A DNA stretch of 64,000 nt from assembly GCF_964204645.1 (NCBI RefSeq), contig NC_134025.1:27198299-27262298 (forward strand). Reading direction: 5' to 3'. Positions 12,725-25,748 of this stretch are shown one piece after another. This DNA comes from Tubulanus polymorphus. Its lineage: Eukaryota > Animalia > Nemertea. Position numbers and translations under genes: made by a program. How positions within the stretch are numbered: position 1 is the first letter of the stretch; each line of letters begins with the position of its first letter. The notes under the pieces are model-generated. The model was not told the origin of the DNA. It searched no databases and was given only the letters and a program-made list of their open reading frames with translations.

Positions 12725-15700
12725 ATTTGAGTTACCCTATTTCGTTTAAGTAGTTGTTTCTCAAGGTGGTGACACTAGACGTCCCTGGTTCAACCCATTA
12801 AGACTCGTCAAACTTTTCTTCATTTTCCTCAAACTTTCCTCAATATCGACCGATGAATCGTTCGTGAACTCTTAAGAGATTCCGATAATGGTCAATAAAA
12901 CGAAATTTCACGGGACGTGATCAAAAGTATGCGTTTGTTTAGCCACATCTGGCGGGAGTATCGGAGCTTACCGTCACGTCATAATTGGTGGTAACTGAGT
13001 GGTGGTAGGAAGTACACCCAACAATGGTAACACGTATCCATTAGCGATGCTTCTTTAATCATTATAAGCTTTTTGCGTCCGTGACTCATAAAAAGCTACG
13101 CTTACGACAAAAAAAAGTAGTTGGCCCTATACGAACGATTGTTTTCGTTCTGATAATTATTTTGAAATTAACCAATAGGCGAGCTTTTTAAAAGTGGAAT
13201 TAGCAAAGTCAACACTTTGCGTCTGTGAGCTGTTTTTATATCGTGTTGTTCGGGTTGAGGTCTCTGCGCGACAACATCAGTCCGCAATTCCGTTGGGCTT
13301 TTCCATAAAGGAAAACTTACCATGAAATTAAAGCCACGATTGACAGGAGATGTTTAGGTTGTCATTTTGCACGAGTTTAATGAACTTCTGTCATGTAGAT
13401 GTTGAGGTCCTTTGTTCTTCTGACAACTGATTTCCATCTCGGCAATATCTACTAATTAAAAAACGTGAAATGAAATTTCCGACAAACCCTTCTCTAAGTC
13501 GGACTTTTTAAATATCAATTTTGTACGTGGTTTGTTAGGACGAGCAAAAAAAGAATTTCTTTATACGCTCCTGTCGTTAGCACAGTTATACAATTGCGTT
13601 TGATGGTCTTCGACACTTCGCCGGATTCTCTCTTAAAGTTCTGAGAAAATTCAGATTTCTCCAGTTAAACGTAATGTTCTTGAGTCCAGGCGCATTGTGT
13701 CCCTTCAGCTTGAATAGTAATTGATAACAATTCATGTACAAACAATTGAATAAAACCATCCCGGGAGATGTGGAAACCTTTGAAGATTTCCTATTCGAAT
13801 TTACAAATTTATGAATATCGTTTTTGTGATAATCTTTTCGGGAATAATTTTGTCACAATACACAACAATTGAATTAATGATTCATATTTCAAGTGTCGTC
13901 GAGTTACAATTTTGCTAGCCATCCGCATTCGCTGCCTGAAGCTTTAATTTCTGTAAAGACTCATTCATCGAGCTTATATCGCCTTTGTTTTACCGATAGT
14001 TATAATAGTATGCCTAATTTAACTTGAATTTTCAATAATTTTTGAAGTTTCGTTGCTCACAGTTGTCATATGATGCACTTTCAGTCCTTCAGGGTTCGCT
14101 GTGTAATTTACGATTACATGCCTGACCTGGACCTTTGTAGTCACGGCATTTTCCAAATTGCCAATTTTCCTTTGTTCTTGTTTAAATGAAACGGTCCCCC
14201 TTTTGATTCTTCTTTTTGGACCCTTTGATGTCCACGAATTGCTGAAAATTCATTTTGCCTTAAAAGTTTTTTTTTGAGCGGGGGTTCACGTGTCTCATTT
14301 CTAAAACAAAGACTTCAAAGTGAGATGTCTCGTGTATTTGAACTCGTTCTATCAGCGCGATTCCGTACCACTTACTGTTTTCCAGTTTTTCGACTACAAT
14401 GGATAGTGAAATTAATCTTTTGTCGGATTTCGCCGCGGATTAAAACTCTCGGGATTAAAGCGAAACCCGCGCGTATCGATCGTTCGCTATTTGTGACAAA
14501 AATTTGATCTAAAAATGGATAACTAGTAATCAGTATTTAATTCCCGGCGTCGAAGAATTATTTCCCAATGGTGTTCAAGAGTCGCTGCTATTTTTACTTC
14601 GGGCAAAAACCGGCGCTACTTTATTGCTTTCATTCAAATATTTGCATCCTCAGCATTTTGACGTTAGTGCACCTTCTTCATCTCGGCGGATGAATTTTTA
14701 TCGTAGAACCATCGAGTATTTTGCGTAAGACATAAGATAGATATATTTAGCCAGTGAATACTTCCATCGAGTGTGGAATTGATTTCGTATGATAAACTCG
14801 CGAGACAGTTAATGTACTCGTGTCTGCGCGCAGGAAATAGTCTTCTTTTATTGTGTCTATATTTAATGGCGCGAATCGAAATTTCATCGATATTCCGGCG
14901 TTTCTGGGATGATATTTCGAATACGGTACGTACGATATCAACGGACTGACACGTGACCCCAGATGCGGGTTCAAACTCGGAGGGGAAAATACGAGCGCGA
15001 CGACGTAAAGTCTTTGTAGATTTATTACTTCTAGGCAAATATTTCGGATTAGAGATGATCAAATAGAAAGGATGAAATGAGGCATAAATGCCGTGCACGC
15101 CGCGTAGTACGTGCCGGAGACTGGATGCCCGCGGGGACATGTAACGTACAGGGGACTGGGTTAGCACGTTGTTGTGTGCGCGCGTGTAATAAACGAATTT
15201 TCTCTGATAATTCTAGTTATTTCTTGCGTTTTTCACTTGCGCATGCATTATTCTTGTATTATACTCTCTCGTGCGCGCGTGCGTCGTCTCCATTTCTTAT
15301 TCATAAAAACGCTGGAAACCTCAGAAAATTGCGGATCAAAAAGATGGTGTTCGATATCGTTTTAATTTCAGTCGACACGCAAATATTTCTCTATCTTTTA
15401 ACTGAAGAAACTGAACTGAATCTATGCATTGACATTCGGATTATTTAGTTTTTAGTCTTGACAGCTTAATTGATAGAAATCTGAGGCGCGACTTAAAGTT
15501 TCATTCGACATGATACCGCTGAAACTTTAATGAAATGTTTAATCATTCTGTGAACTGGCCAGGCCCCCCTCTTGTTCTTTGAACCCATGAATGAACTACT
15601 TATTAAAGATATCTTGATACAACTGGACGCTGTCGCTGAAAGAATAGGGATCTCATGTTTGTGGTGATTTACCGTCCTCTCCGGATGAGGGACATGGATT

Positions 15701-16501
15701 ACCACTTGCATTCAGCATTATTTTCCTGTCCCCGATAACAATAGCATAATTAACTCAGCTGTTTTGAATTGTCTGTGACCTGCTGGTGACCATGATCCCC
15801 TGTGATAAACCATAACTGCATCGGAAGCGCGTTATAATGAGACAATTACGTTTTATGAATCTGAAAAAATCTTTGAATATCCTATTGACCTCGAGTCGTA
15901 ATGCGGAACAACTTCCACCGTGGATTACCAACAATTCCTTTAGCCTTTTTCTTAAAAATCATTGTTTTCATAAGATAACCTACCGGGTACCTTTGTTTTT
16001 GAACATCTGGCTTTTTTTAATACGAAGACATGACCGAGAAGATCGTCGAAAAATGACGTGTACACAATATTTTCATAGTTAGCTCGATTTAAAGAGTTAT
16101 TAGGAGTTTATTATTAAGTGATTATCATTAGAGGTGGTTTGATGGTGAGCTTTAAATGGTCAAAACAGTGATTGATGACGACCGATGGGACTTGTAGATC
16201 CATTGACAAGATTGATGACCATCGCGGACACCGAGTAAATTGATTTACAGATAATCCCTTGTCACATAGAAACAGAAAGTTAAGAGTTGTCCATTCATCT
16301 GTCAAGAGGTTCTGACTTTAAAGGATAGATGATTGAAACACTAATTAGGTGAAGTATTTTGTGGCTGATTATATCTTCTTTGTAGACTAGAAATGTAACT
16401 AGCTCGTGTGAAAGTTTGAATTCCAATATTGGACAACCTATGTCATCCTAGTCGGATGTGTTAGTCCGATGTCTTCAGATAGATATCATTTTGTCGTTCA
16501 G

Positions 16502-16934
16502 ATTTTCAAGCTTCAACTGTTTTGTGTGTATTGAAGCGAAATTCTGAAAGATTGTCGTCAGTTGCTGAGAAACGGTCAGTCCTTTGTGTCCCCGAAAGGA
16601 CGGACGGGTTGACGGCAGTTTTACGGGAGTTGACAGCAAGTCTAACCCGTCAACATAAACGACATACACGCCGCGACCCCAATTAGAATCCAATCGCGTG
16701 GAAGTTGATCGGAAGTACGTGAAAAGAACACCTTTGGGCAAAAAACATGGCGAAACAATGGCGTATCGGTTCGGACACGATTACGTTGTTAATCGGCCAC
16801 ATTTCGAGCGTCGACCGTCGTCGGCGAGTAGACACAGATCTGATTATGAGTCTATTGTCTCAGATTCGCGATCGTAACATCTGCTCACAAATCCAATTAT
16901 ACACGTTTTTTGAACAAGTAGATCTTCAAAGCAG
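16502..16934 (+). other. Candidate alternative 5' exon (unverified)
   Basis: Acceptor-like ttttgtcgttcag| at 16501, a CpG-rich body, two ATGs in strong context (aacATGG at 16747, acaATGG at 16758), a donor-like GCAG|gtgatg at 16934, and an X-box 10 nt downstream. No recognisable homology. Confidence 0.2.
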
Positions 16935-16944
16935 GTGATGCTAC

Positions 16945-16957
16945 GTTACCAGGCAAC
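16945..16957 (+). promoter_or_regulatory. RFX X-box
   Basis: GTTACCAGGCAAC. Motif match only. Confidence 0.45.
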
Positions 16958-18227
16958 TGAATCAGTTACAGACCCCGGTCATTACTGGTCTATTTAGTTA
17001 ATGACAAATGACTGCCCAGTAATAAGACTCTCGCCGATCTTCAGTCGAAAGGCTTTTGAACTCGGCCATTGAACCTTCATCTGTTCGCTTAGTGGGAGGA
17101 TAAAAATACCAGTCTTTATATTCGCGATGTACAGCGGTCATTCTATTCTAGACCATAATACACACGTTGTACATTAACTTTTTTATTGAGTTATGTCACT
17201 AGATGATTAGATATGATATGATCAGATTATGATCCATAAATCACGAGGTCTAGTGTGTCAAAAATCGCTATCTTTCGACGAAGATAAATACTACAGATTG
17301 TTTAAGAACTCTAGTAGCGGTTCTTCAAATGTGGATCAGTTTTCACCGATCATCGACGTATTTATACTTGATGCTTTCATCAGAGATCGAATTATATCGA
17401 AACCGAGTCGTTTTTTAAGTGGCAATTTCCTAAATAGTTTTTCAAGCAAACATATTTCTCACATCGACGTGGTTTTTAGGAAGCTTTTATCAGCGCTTTC
17501 TGTCAGAACGGCATGTTTGATGCTTTGTCGCGGAACGCGGTAGACAATGGAAATTAAGATGTACAGTTGTATGCCGAGTCATGCTCTGATGTTTTGCCAT
17601 CTCGGAACCGGCTCTGTTCCTGCGCGCGACGGGACAAATCAGATGATGTCAATCATTATTACTGCTGAAAACGGCTGATAACATTTTCAGACGAGATACT
17701 GAGAAATTCCTTATTCAACGGTTCGCGTGATCGTTCAACAGAATCATTATTCAATCATTTTAATGGATATACATGAATTCACTGAAATTTTAGAATCTCA
17801 CCCAATCTTCAATTATTCGACAAAGTCATGGAAATATGGCGCGAGGCAGGGTTATTTATTCACGGTACCTCGCATGATTTAGACGAGCAATCACGACTGC
17901 GGAGATAATGGTTCGAGGCGGGTCACGTGATGTGAAACTTCCGTGCTGGTTTTACGTGTAATGACGACGAGGCCGAGATTAGTATCATTATTTCGTACGT
18001 CTTTTTCTAACCATAATCGTAAACAGGCCCCTAAAGACGGCTATTTCTACGGTAATACGAATTTCGTTCTTGACATCGGTGTCAAAAAAAGAAACCCGAT
18101 AAGCGGCGTGCTCGACAAACGGCTGGAGAAATTGATTCGTTTGAATTGTCGCCGGAACAATGTGTTTCGTTAATTGTCGATTCCTATTTAAACGCGATTT
18201 TCTGAAATTATTTCGCTGTTTAAACTG

Positions 18228-18241
18228 GTTACCGTGGAAAC
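18228..18241 (+). promoter_or_regulatory. RFX X-box (14-bp form)
   Basis: GTTACCGTGGAAAC. Motif match only. Confidence 0.4.
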
Positions 18242-18340
18242 TTATGAGTCATAATGATGCTCAGGTGAAGACTGGCATCAAGGCGTCACTGGCGACTCGG
18301 TGGCACCACCCAAGGCTAGCAGCGATGATGCAACTTCAAC

Positions 18341-18368
18341 TCTTCTCTCTCTCTCTCTCTCTTTCTCT
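18341..18368. repeat. (CT)n microsatellite
   Basis: Imperfect CT dinucleotide run. Confidence 0.85.
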
Positions 18369-21300
18369 GAGTGATGGGATTAAAAAAGTGATGCTGCATT
18401 TGATGCGTTAGTTGACAAGATGGTGCATCTAGCACGATGCTCGGATAAATGTATCATTACCAAGGAAACGAAAGTGAAAAATGAGAATCTCTGATGTCTG
18501 TCACAGAGAGAGCGGGATTAGATTGGAACACTCTGTTTGATCTTTCAGCAATTATGATAAATGTTTCTGGTCTAATCAATGTTTATTCATCTGCCGCGCA
18601 CGAATAAGAAAATCACTTCGTCGAAAAATAAATTTCGAAAGTATTTTCGGGGTTTGAAATGCATCTTGACTTTTTGTTTTTTCAAAGCGCGCCGAATGTT
18701 TGATGAATTTTTTCGTTCATTAAAGCAGCGCTCGTGGTTGAATCATTCGCGGTTGAATTATTATCATTTAATTCCACCTGCTGGAACAAAGTGTGACTGG
18801 TTAAGTTTGGAAAGCTCACGGGATTCACTTGTCAGCGGTAACAATGCCCGATCGAAAGTAGGCAATTAACATGTAAATTTGACCTCGCGAAGCTGTTCCT
18901 TTTCCTCCGCTTCTTTTCTGCACTTTTCACGACCTTCCCGAGAAGTTTTAACGATTATCTTTAAAATGACAATGCCTGTTATTTTTTAATCCACGCAACT
19001 ATTCGCTGTTGAAACACGCGCATTTCTGGATGGATTTTCGTGCTTTCAGTTTCAAGGACAACCGCGGCGCCTGAGAACATATTGCGGGCATACTCATTTA
19101 ACGGTTCAGTAAAAAGTTCAACGAGGTCTCGTTCTGTCATCACGAATTGAGAATGCATGGACTCTTTCGTTTTAGAGTCCATGTTTAAACAATCGATGAA
19201 ATTCCAACTCGGCCACTCTGTAAAATCTTGTAACTTCCATTATGAGTTTCATTTCAAGAATGAAATCGTTTTCTATAGCGGCTGAATTGAATTCATTCTG
19301 TATCCCGTCTCATCTTCTTTGCATCGTGGCTTATAGATGATCTGTCAACATTGCGCTGTTTTGAATTATCAGTCTTTCGAGGGCAATTATCTGAAAGTTG
19401 AATCTATAAATCTAACGTTTCTTTTCAATAAAATATTCTCATGTTACGTGCGGCACCGAAAATTTCATCGGATAATCTGTGAATTAATGGCCCCGGGGTG
19501 GTCGGGCCGGTCATAAATGACAATTTTCTCATGTAATTTACTATTATCAGTCGACTAATGATATTTGTATGTGCTGAAAGGTTGCCCAGTGCTTTTAAAT
19601 ACTTCACTGAATTTTGTCGTCCAATGATTGATAAAGTTCATCCCTGTACGGCCATTGATGAAATAAAAGTGTAGTTAGGGTACTCCACGTGGCTGTAGCC
19701 TTAATTACCACTCCCTAAATATGTTTAGTTCAATGTTTATGATAGTGTATGAGAGTGTTCCAGTTTTCTGTATGGCGGTGCTCTTTGTTGTTTAAACGCT
19801 ATATCAGTTGTGTGTCGGTTGTCTTCATATCGAAACACCGCCGGAGAGGGACTCTCTCATGTTTTTTGGGATTAAGCCTAGATAAGCGACAAATCTCTTC
19901 CAAGGTTAGTCTTTTTGCCGATTTCAAACTATTTAAATTAAGTTTACTACATAGAATTGTTAAAATCAAAAAGAAAAAACTTATGAAGTGAAATGAAGTA
20001 TGATGAACATCTTGTTTATGGGTATTATTATTTTGTTCAATGGTCATGTATATTTATAGTTGTAATGAGAGACTAAATGCTTAAATAAGTTCGTCAAATC
20101 AAAGAAACCGATGCGACTATAATGAAGTCTTATCAACGCGCAGAATTTCCTTTAGGAAATGAATCATATATTAATGAATCATGGACGAAATAGATTTATT
20201 AAATCGTATCATAAATATCATAGAAATGTCCGGCAAATGGGTGTATAATGAGCTTTACCATATCAGTGTTGATCATGTTTTTCCCTGGAGTGTGGGTCTG
20301 GTCTATTGTAGTTCATGATTATCAGACAATCATAAATGAACATCAGCGCTGCAGTGTCCTTCAGGTTTTTTGGACAATGTTTTTTCGAGCTTATTCGACT
20401 CAGTAATTAGAGCGTCGACTATCGTCAATAATTCAACAAGATAAATCAGCTTTAAATTCACATCTGTGGCGTTGTCGAAGGTAACGTTATTTACAGTCCA
20501 CAGATAGCTCAGTTCTGAAGAGCCCTTGTTTGGTGGAAACTGACAGATGGCTATGTCTTGCTCATATATTATTTATGACGGATAATTAGTACTGAAAGAT
20601 AAACTGTTCCAGTAATCCCCGGGTTAATTAGTTGTCACTCGATGTTTCTGCGACATGTTTTGTGCTGCAGCAATTTATTTTTCAAAGCCTGTCACTGTCA
20701 TTCCTGATGTGGAAAAAGGACTTGTTGACTAGACAGACTCTTTAGATCTCCCTTACTTTGACCAAAGTTTGAACTCATCAGTTCTCATCAAACACCGTTG
20801 AAATGATACATATATATCACCTAGCATCAGACTACACCAAGCGACGACGATGACGTGTGCATTGACAGCATTCAATGAGAAAAAGTGAAAGTGGAATATT
20901 AAAACTGCTGAAGAACTGAGTGAATCTCATCTCACATCAAAGCCGCTCTAAAACCATTGATGTTCAACAGAGTTTACTTTATTACTGCTTGAAGTTTAGT
21001 TAATATTTGCATAATGATGGCGCAACAGTGAACCATTTGACGTTTTAAAAATTATTCAACTTCATAAAATCTCTGCACTTCAAAGGTTTTGCCAAATGGG
21101 AGGGTGGAGGTTTATGGCTTAGACTTTTTTAGAGAATAGATTACGGTTGAGTCTTTCTCTAAAAACGCTTTATAACTCGCTGCTTACCCACGTGAGACGC
21201 CGTTACATTTATCAATGTTTATTAATATCACCTGTTAATAAGAGCTGTAATTAAAATAATTAAAACTAATGGAAGTAATGACGTTATATCAAGCAGTGTC

Positions 21301-24300
21301 TTTCTAACGGTCAATAATACAACATGCATTATATAGTATTCTATTTCATATTTAGCGCAATTTGGTCGGGCTTTTGTGGGAGGTTATTTCATAGTGCTGC
21401 AGGTGACTCAGTCCTCACAGCGGGTAGCCCGTGAACTCACCTGTACTCCTAATTGATGCCTTTATCGATTCCATCCAGAGTCATCGCTCCTCGCTGAGTG
21501 ACCATTCAGCCCCGATTCAGACGGTGTCGCCATCTGTCATAAACCTTTTTATCATCGAGGAGTTGTTGAGCTGAAAAACTTGTAGCAAAGACTATACATT
21601 ACTTTATTGATAAGATACGATATCCGCGTTGTGACGATGACATAAGGAGAATCCCGCAATAATAACAAAAAATGAAGTCTGTAAATGTTTCCCGGACCTA
21701 CTAGTTTGTTCAATATATCCTAACAGTCATCTTGAATATATCCTTATAGTCATCAGCTTCAAGAATACTGAATAAACTCAAGGAAAAATTTTTGGGACAT
21801 GATTTTGTTTTTCGTTATTTTGACACATTACCGGAACATAATGGAAGTTGCTGTTGATGCTAAATTATTAATTAGTTAAGCCGATGTTATCATTCATGAT
21901 TTTCGTAATAGCTGACATTACCTAATCTTGAAAAATCAAATTTGTCTCATTACGTATTGAAAATGCTTGATAGTATTTGATATATGACTCAGTAGTATTT
22001 GGGTAGTATCCTTATTAAGAGACTCTACCTAATAACAACAGTTTGCTACCGGCATCATCGCTGTTAAATGATTGATTGATTTTCTGTATACCAGGTAACT
22101 TATCCGCCGTACGCGATTGAGTAAGTTCAGTTTACTCGGTCTCTTAGATTACGGCAGGTTGGTGAAATCTATATTTGCGAATAACTTCAAATGAAACCAG
22201 TCTGTCTGCTGTTCAGCTGCGGAGCTAGGATTTACTATTTAGTCGGCGTTATCGGCATTATTTAGACTCAATCGCTCGATTGAGGATTGTATCCTCTTTT
22301 CTCGCGATGAATTGTATGTTTACAGTTGATTTTATGGAAAATACCGACAAATTCTTGAATATTGATGACACTTCATAGGGATCGTATTATTCTAAGACAT
22401 TGAAATATGGTCGGAAAATTCGAATTCAGTATTGGATTTGTGGTAAGATTGATTGTTGTACATTGGTTAATCTTAAAAAATTACATGCCTGTTATGGTAA
22501 AACATTTTGTTAGTTCAATACTGGGCAATTTCATTTATTGTTTTGAAGGACAATATCTTTAAATAGATTATCCCACTACATCTACATAACCTTTAAGAAT
22601 GAATTAATAGCGTATTGTACTCATCAGTATAATTAATAGATACTCTATCATCTATAATCTGGATAGAAATACAGCTATTAATTATTTCTGATCAAGACGT
22701 CTTTTATTTCAAACCCACAGCTGTAGAAAAGTTAATTTTAAGAACGGCTGAGTATTAGCATATACGACATTGCTATATTGAACAATGAAAGAAATACAGC
22801 GTCATTAATCATTTCCAATTCATGCAGTCATCGAAATTATAAATGTTTTTTGTATAGTTTTTGATTAAAGTCTTTGTGTCTGTTCTGTGTATAGTTTAAA
22901 TCATATTTGTCACTCGGGGCTGCACAGTTGAGTTCAAGGGTTGGTCGCTTTTTGTAAAGCGAACAAAACCGGCCAGAGTTTTTGTTTTGGATGAAAAATG
23001 TAAAATGACAGTATATGCCACGAATACATTTATATCGGGAGTTTGTTTAAGACATTAAGTCCGTACGCCCATTTATTTCAATGAAACATATCTGTATGTA
23101 CTTTTTAAGCTTCTTTGTGTTGGTAGTATTTATCTTATGAGGCAAAATCCATCATACGTATCTGCAGAATAGAAGCTCGAAAAATTTTTAGGTCAAATTT
23201 AAGAGATTCGAAAATGATGATGGCTTTTTGTCGCTGGGTTCCCCGTTGTGAAGAAAACAGATAAAAAATGTTCTGAAAAATAAATCACGAAGGCTTTTAT
23301 GAAGGATTTTGACAGTTTAATGCTTCATTTAGATAATAATGATAGGTGGAATCTTAGGTAAGTGTTGAAAGTCAGATGCAGTGGAGATATGATGTGCAAT
23401 ATGTTATGATTTCATATCCTGATGTCTCGATAAGACGATCGTAAATCTTCATAGCTCACCCTGTAAGCTCATTATGCTGTAGTTTTCATTAAAGTTTCAC
23501 TTAAAAATCTGTGAACAAATATTCACTTTTAAGTCTAGTTATTAGTTGACCTCAACTGTATAACCATGGTGATAATATAATCTGCATTCTACCCTTGGGG
23601 CCTGTTCTTGCTTTACCCTCGGGTAATTTGGCCTCCGGGGTTGATCTCATATATGGGTAATGTTTTTGGTTTAATTTTGTCGCTTTTTTAGCTCGAGGCC
23701 TGGCTCGCCCGCTGGATATTGGCCCGAAGGCGTACCTAAACATAGCCCTAGGTCAGAGGAATTTGACTGGGACATCTGCTCTAGGAAGATCTTATTGCGA
23801 TGTCACCGAATTTTGACCTTGTGGAAAAATGCGTGACGAAAATGGGAATCTGACTGGAAGTCAATGCTTCGTGGTTATCTGTAGTTTGTAGATAACTGAT
23901 CTGAGAACGATAATTAACCTCACAAATGAAGTTGCTGCATGATTTAAAGTTACAGCTGAAACTGCCATTGATAAGAACATGTTTTCATCAGGTAGTAATT
24001 GTTCCACCTGTTTGTTTGTCTATAACAGTAATAAGGTTTGTTCTCATAATTACTGAACTGTATTTTAGGTTATGGAACTAATGAACTAAAGGCCTTATTG
24101 TATCTGAACGGTGGACTTCAAACATTTAGGTACAGATTATTTTGCCTAAACAATTACATAATTAAGACTAAGAGACTTTTCTTAGACTTTCTAGGGGCTG
24201 ATATTACGAAATATCTCACTCCAATATCATAATCCGATAGCAGGTTCGATATATCTGATACTCAGGCGATTTCTGTGTGTTCCGCGTTACATCTCAAAAT

Positions 24301-25142
24301 GGAGCCACTTCGCATCAGCAGCGATCACTCGAGGAAGCTGCACGTTGAGCGAGCTTCACACAGCGATTGAAACTAGTCAAAAGTGGCTGTTCAAATTCCC
24401 AGTTAATGAATTACGTACATCGAGCATCAGTTTCTGATTTTAGTGGCAGGGCGCGTTTTAACCGGTGAAGTCAGGTTTTCGCGTTTTTAAAGCTTTTAAC
24501 CTACGATTGCGGAAGAGCCCGCAGCAGGAAACATTGAATTTTGTATTTATCGGATCACGTAACTGAAAGTTCATTAGCGTTTGAAAATGTACCGATACCC
24601 CCTAGACTGCAGAGTTCAACTGCGCTAAATCCGTCTTTCAAAAATGGATGAATGGCGCTGTTCTATTTTTAGAAACGACAAAATCGTCATCATCGGTTTT
24701 GTTTTTCATCTGTTTTGTCGTCAAAAGATACGGTATTCTTTTCATGGCCGGAATCTTCCAATTCACTGTCTGTTTTCGTGTAACGCTTCTAAGATATTTC
24801 GTGATACGACGAAGAAACCGCACATCAGCGACGTTTGAAGTACGTTTGCCTCGAAAAGAGTAACGAAGACAGTTCAAGAGTCGCGTAATAGAATCGTACT
24901 TTGAAGTCGTTGACATTTGTGTAATTAGTAAGTGAATCTTGCGGGTGGAATTAGTGATCCTGTACGGGCCACCTGTGTTCTCGAAGCATCAATGAGGAAT
25001 ACCACACGTCATTAAAAACCGAAGACGCTAATTTCTATGAACGTCGATTCTGGTCGGCGTAAATTCCGCCGCGAGGTGACGCAAAAAGTTAAAAAGTCTC
25101 ATCCTACCACACGACGAGGATTAAAACTTCTAAACGGGCCAT

Positions 25143-25255
25143 TAGGGGTTTATAATTATTCACTCAAGCTTACAAGGGATAAACTAGCCTTAGGGACAAG
25201 GCCGATATTGTTCTTTAAGCTTAAGGCAACGGTTGCTGGAAGCTATACGCCCCTA
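25143..25255. mobile_element. Palindromic MITE of about 113 bp
   Basis: Inverted ends TAGGGGTTTATAA and CTATACGCCCCTA. Inner arms AAGCTTACAAGGGATAAACTAGCCTT and AAGGCCGATATTGTTCTTTAAGCTT are also imperfectly inverted. Confidence 0.6.
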
Positions 25256-25300
25256 GTCATATGGGGAAGGTTACCCAACTTCCCCGCTCAGAATCCTTCC

Positions 25301-25460
25301 ACAATACATTACAATACAATAAACTTTATTCGCATAGACAATATTATGTCCAATACAATATTCAAGTATAAACATCATACAGGCCTGTAGCTGAAGCTGA
25401 AGCCTGAAGGCTGCATAACACTGGCACCTTACACAAACGAAATAACCAAACAAAAAAATA
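25301..25460 (-). mobile_element. 3' end fragment of a non-LTR retrotransposon (CR1/L2-type tail)
   Basis: On the minus strand: a small stem-loop AGCCTTCAGGCT (25401-25412), then AATAAA (25325-25330), then an (ATTGT)n tail (25301-25320). No reverse transcriptase ORF is present. Confidence 0.5.
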
Positions 25461-25724
25461 TTACAGACTGGAGCACTTGAAAATTACAGTTTGATGAGTT
25501 CATGAATTTAACAAAATGTGGGAATTGAGGTAAAGCACCATTAAGACAACATTAATCAACGTTGAATCACTCTTAGGATACATCATCTTCTACTGTCTTA
25601 TTGCTTATTATTGAAAATCCATCAACGCTTTCACAAAAAGCCTTTCTCTCGCTGAAAGGTATGTTATATCATTTGTTGTGACACAAAAACATACCGCAAT
25701 GTCGGCTTAGTGGCTGCGATGACT

Positions 25725-25748
25725 CTTGGAGTAATCATTTACTCCAAG
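25725..25748. mobile_element. 24-bp minimal inverted-repeat element with a 7-bp target site duplication
   Basis: CTTGGAGTAA-TCAT-TTACTCCAAG is a perfect 10-bp inverted repeat, flanked by GATGACT and GATGGCT (6 of 7 identical). Confidence 0.55.

Noticed and set aside
14664-15167. Longest ORF in the track (167 aa, minus strand)
   Set aside because: No recognisable motif, Arg/Ser-rich composition typical of CpG-rich non-coding DNA, and no supporting splice structure.
20496-20560. tRNA-like 5' half GATAGCTCAGTT..AGAGC
   Set aside because: No T-loop or B-box and no cloverleaf; at most a decayed SINE head. Similar fragments near 12765-12795 and 59908-59940 were rejected for the same reason.
23570-23760. 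GC-rich patch with a TTACCCTCGGGTAA dyad
   Set aside because: Probably a decayed repeat, but I could not define ends or find a second copy in the window.
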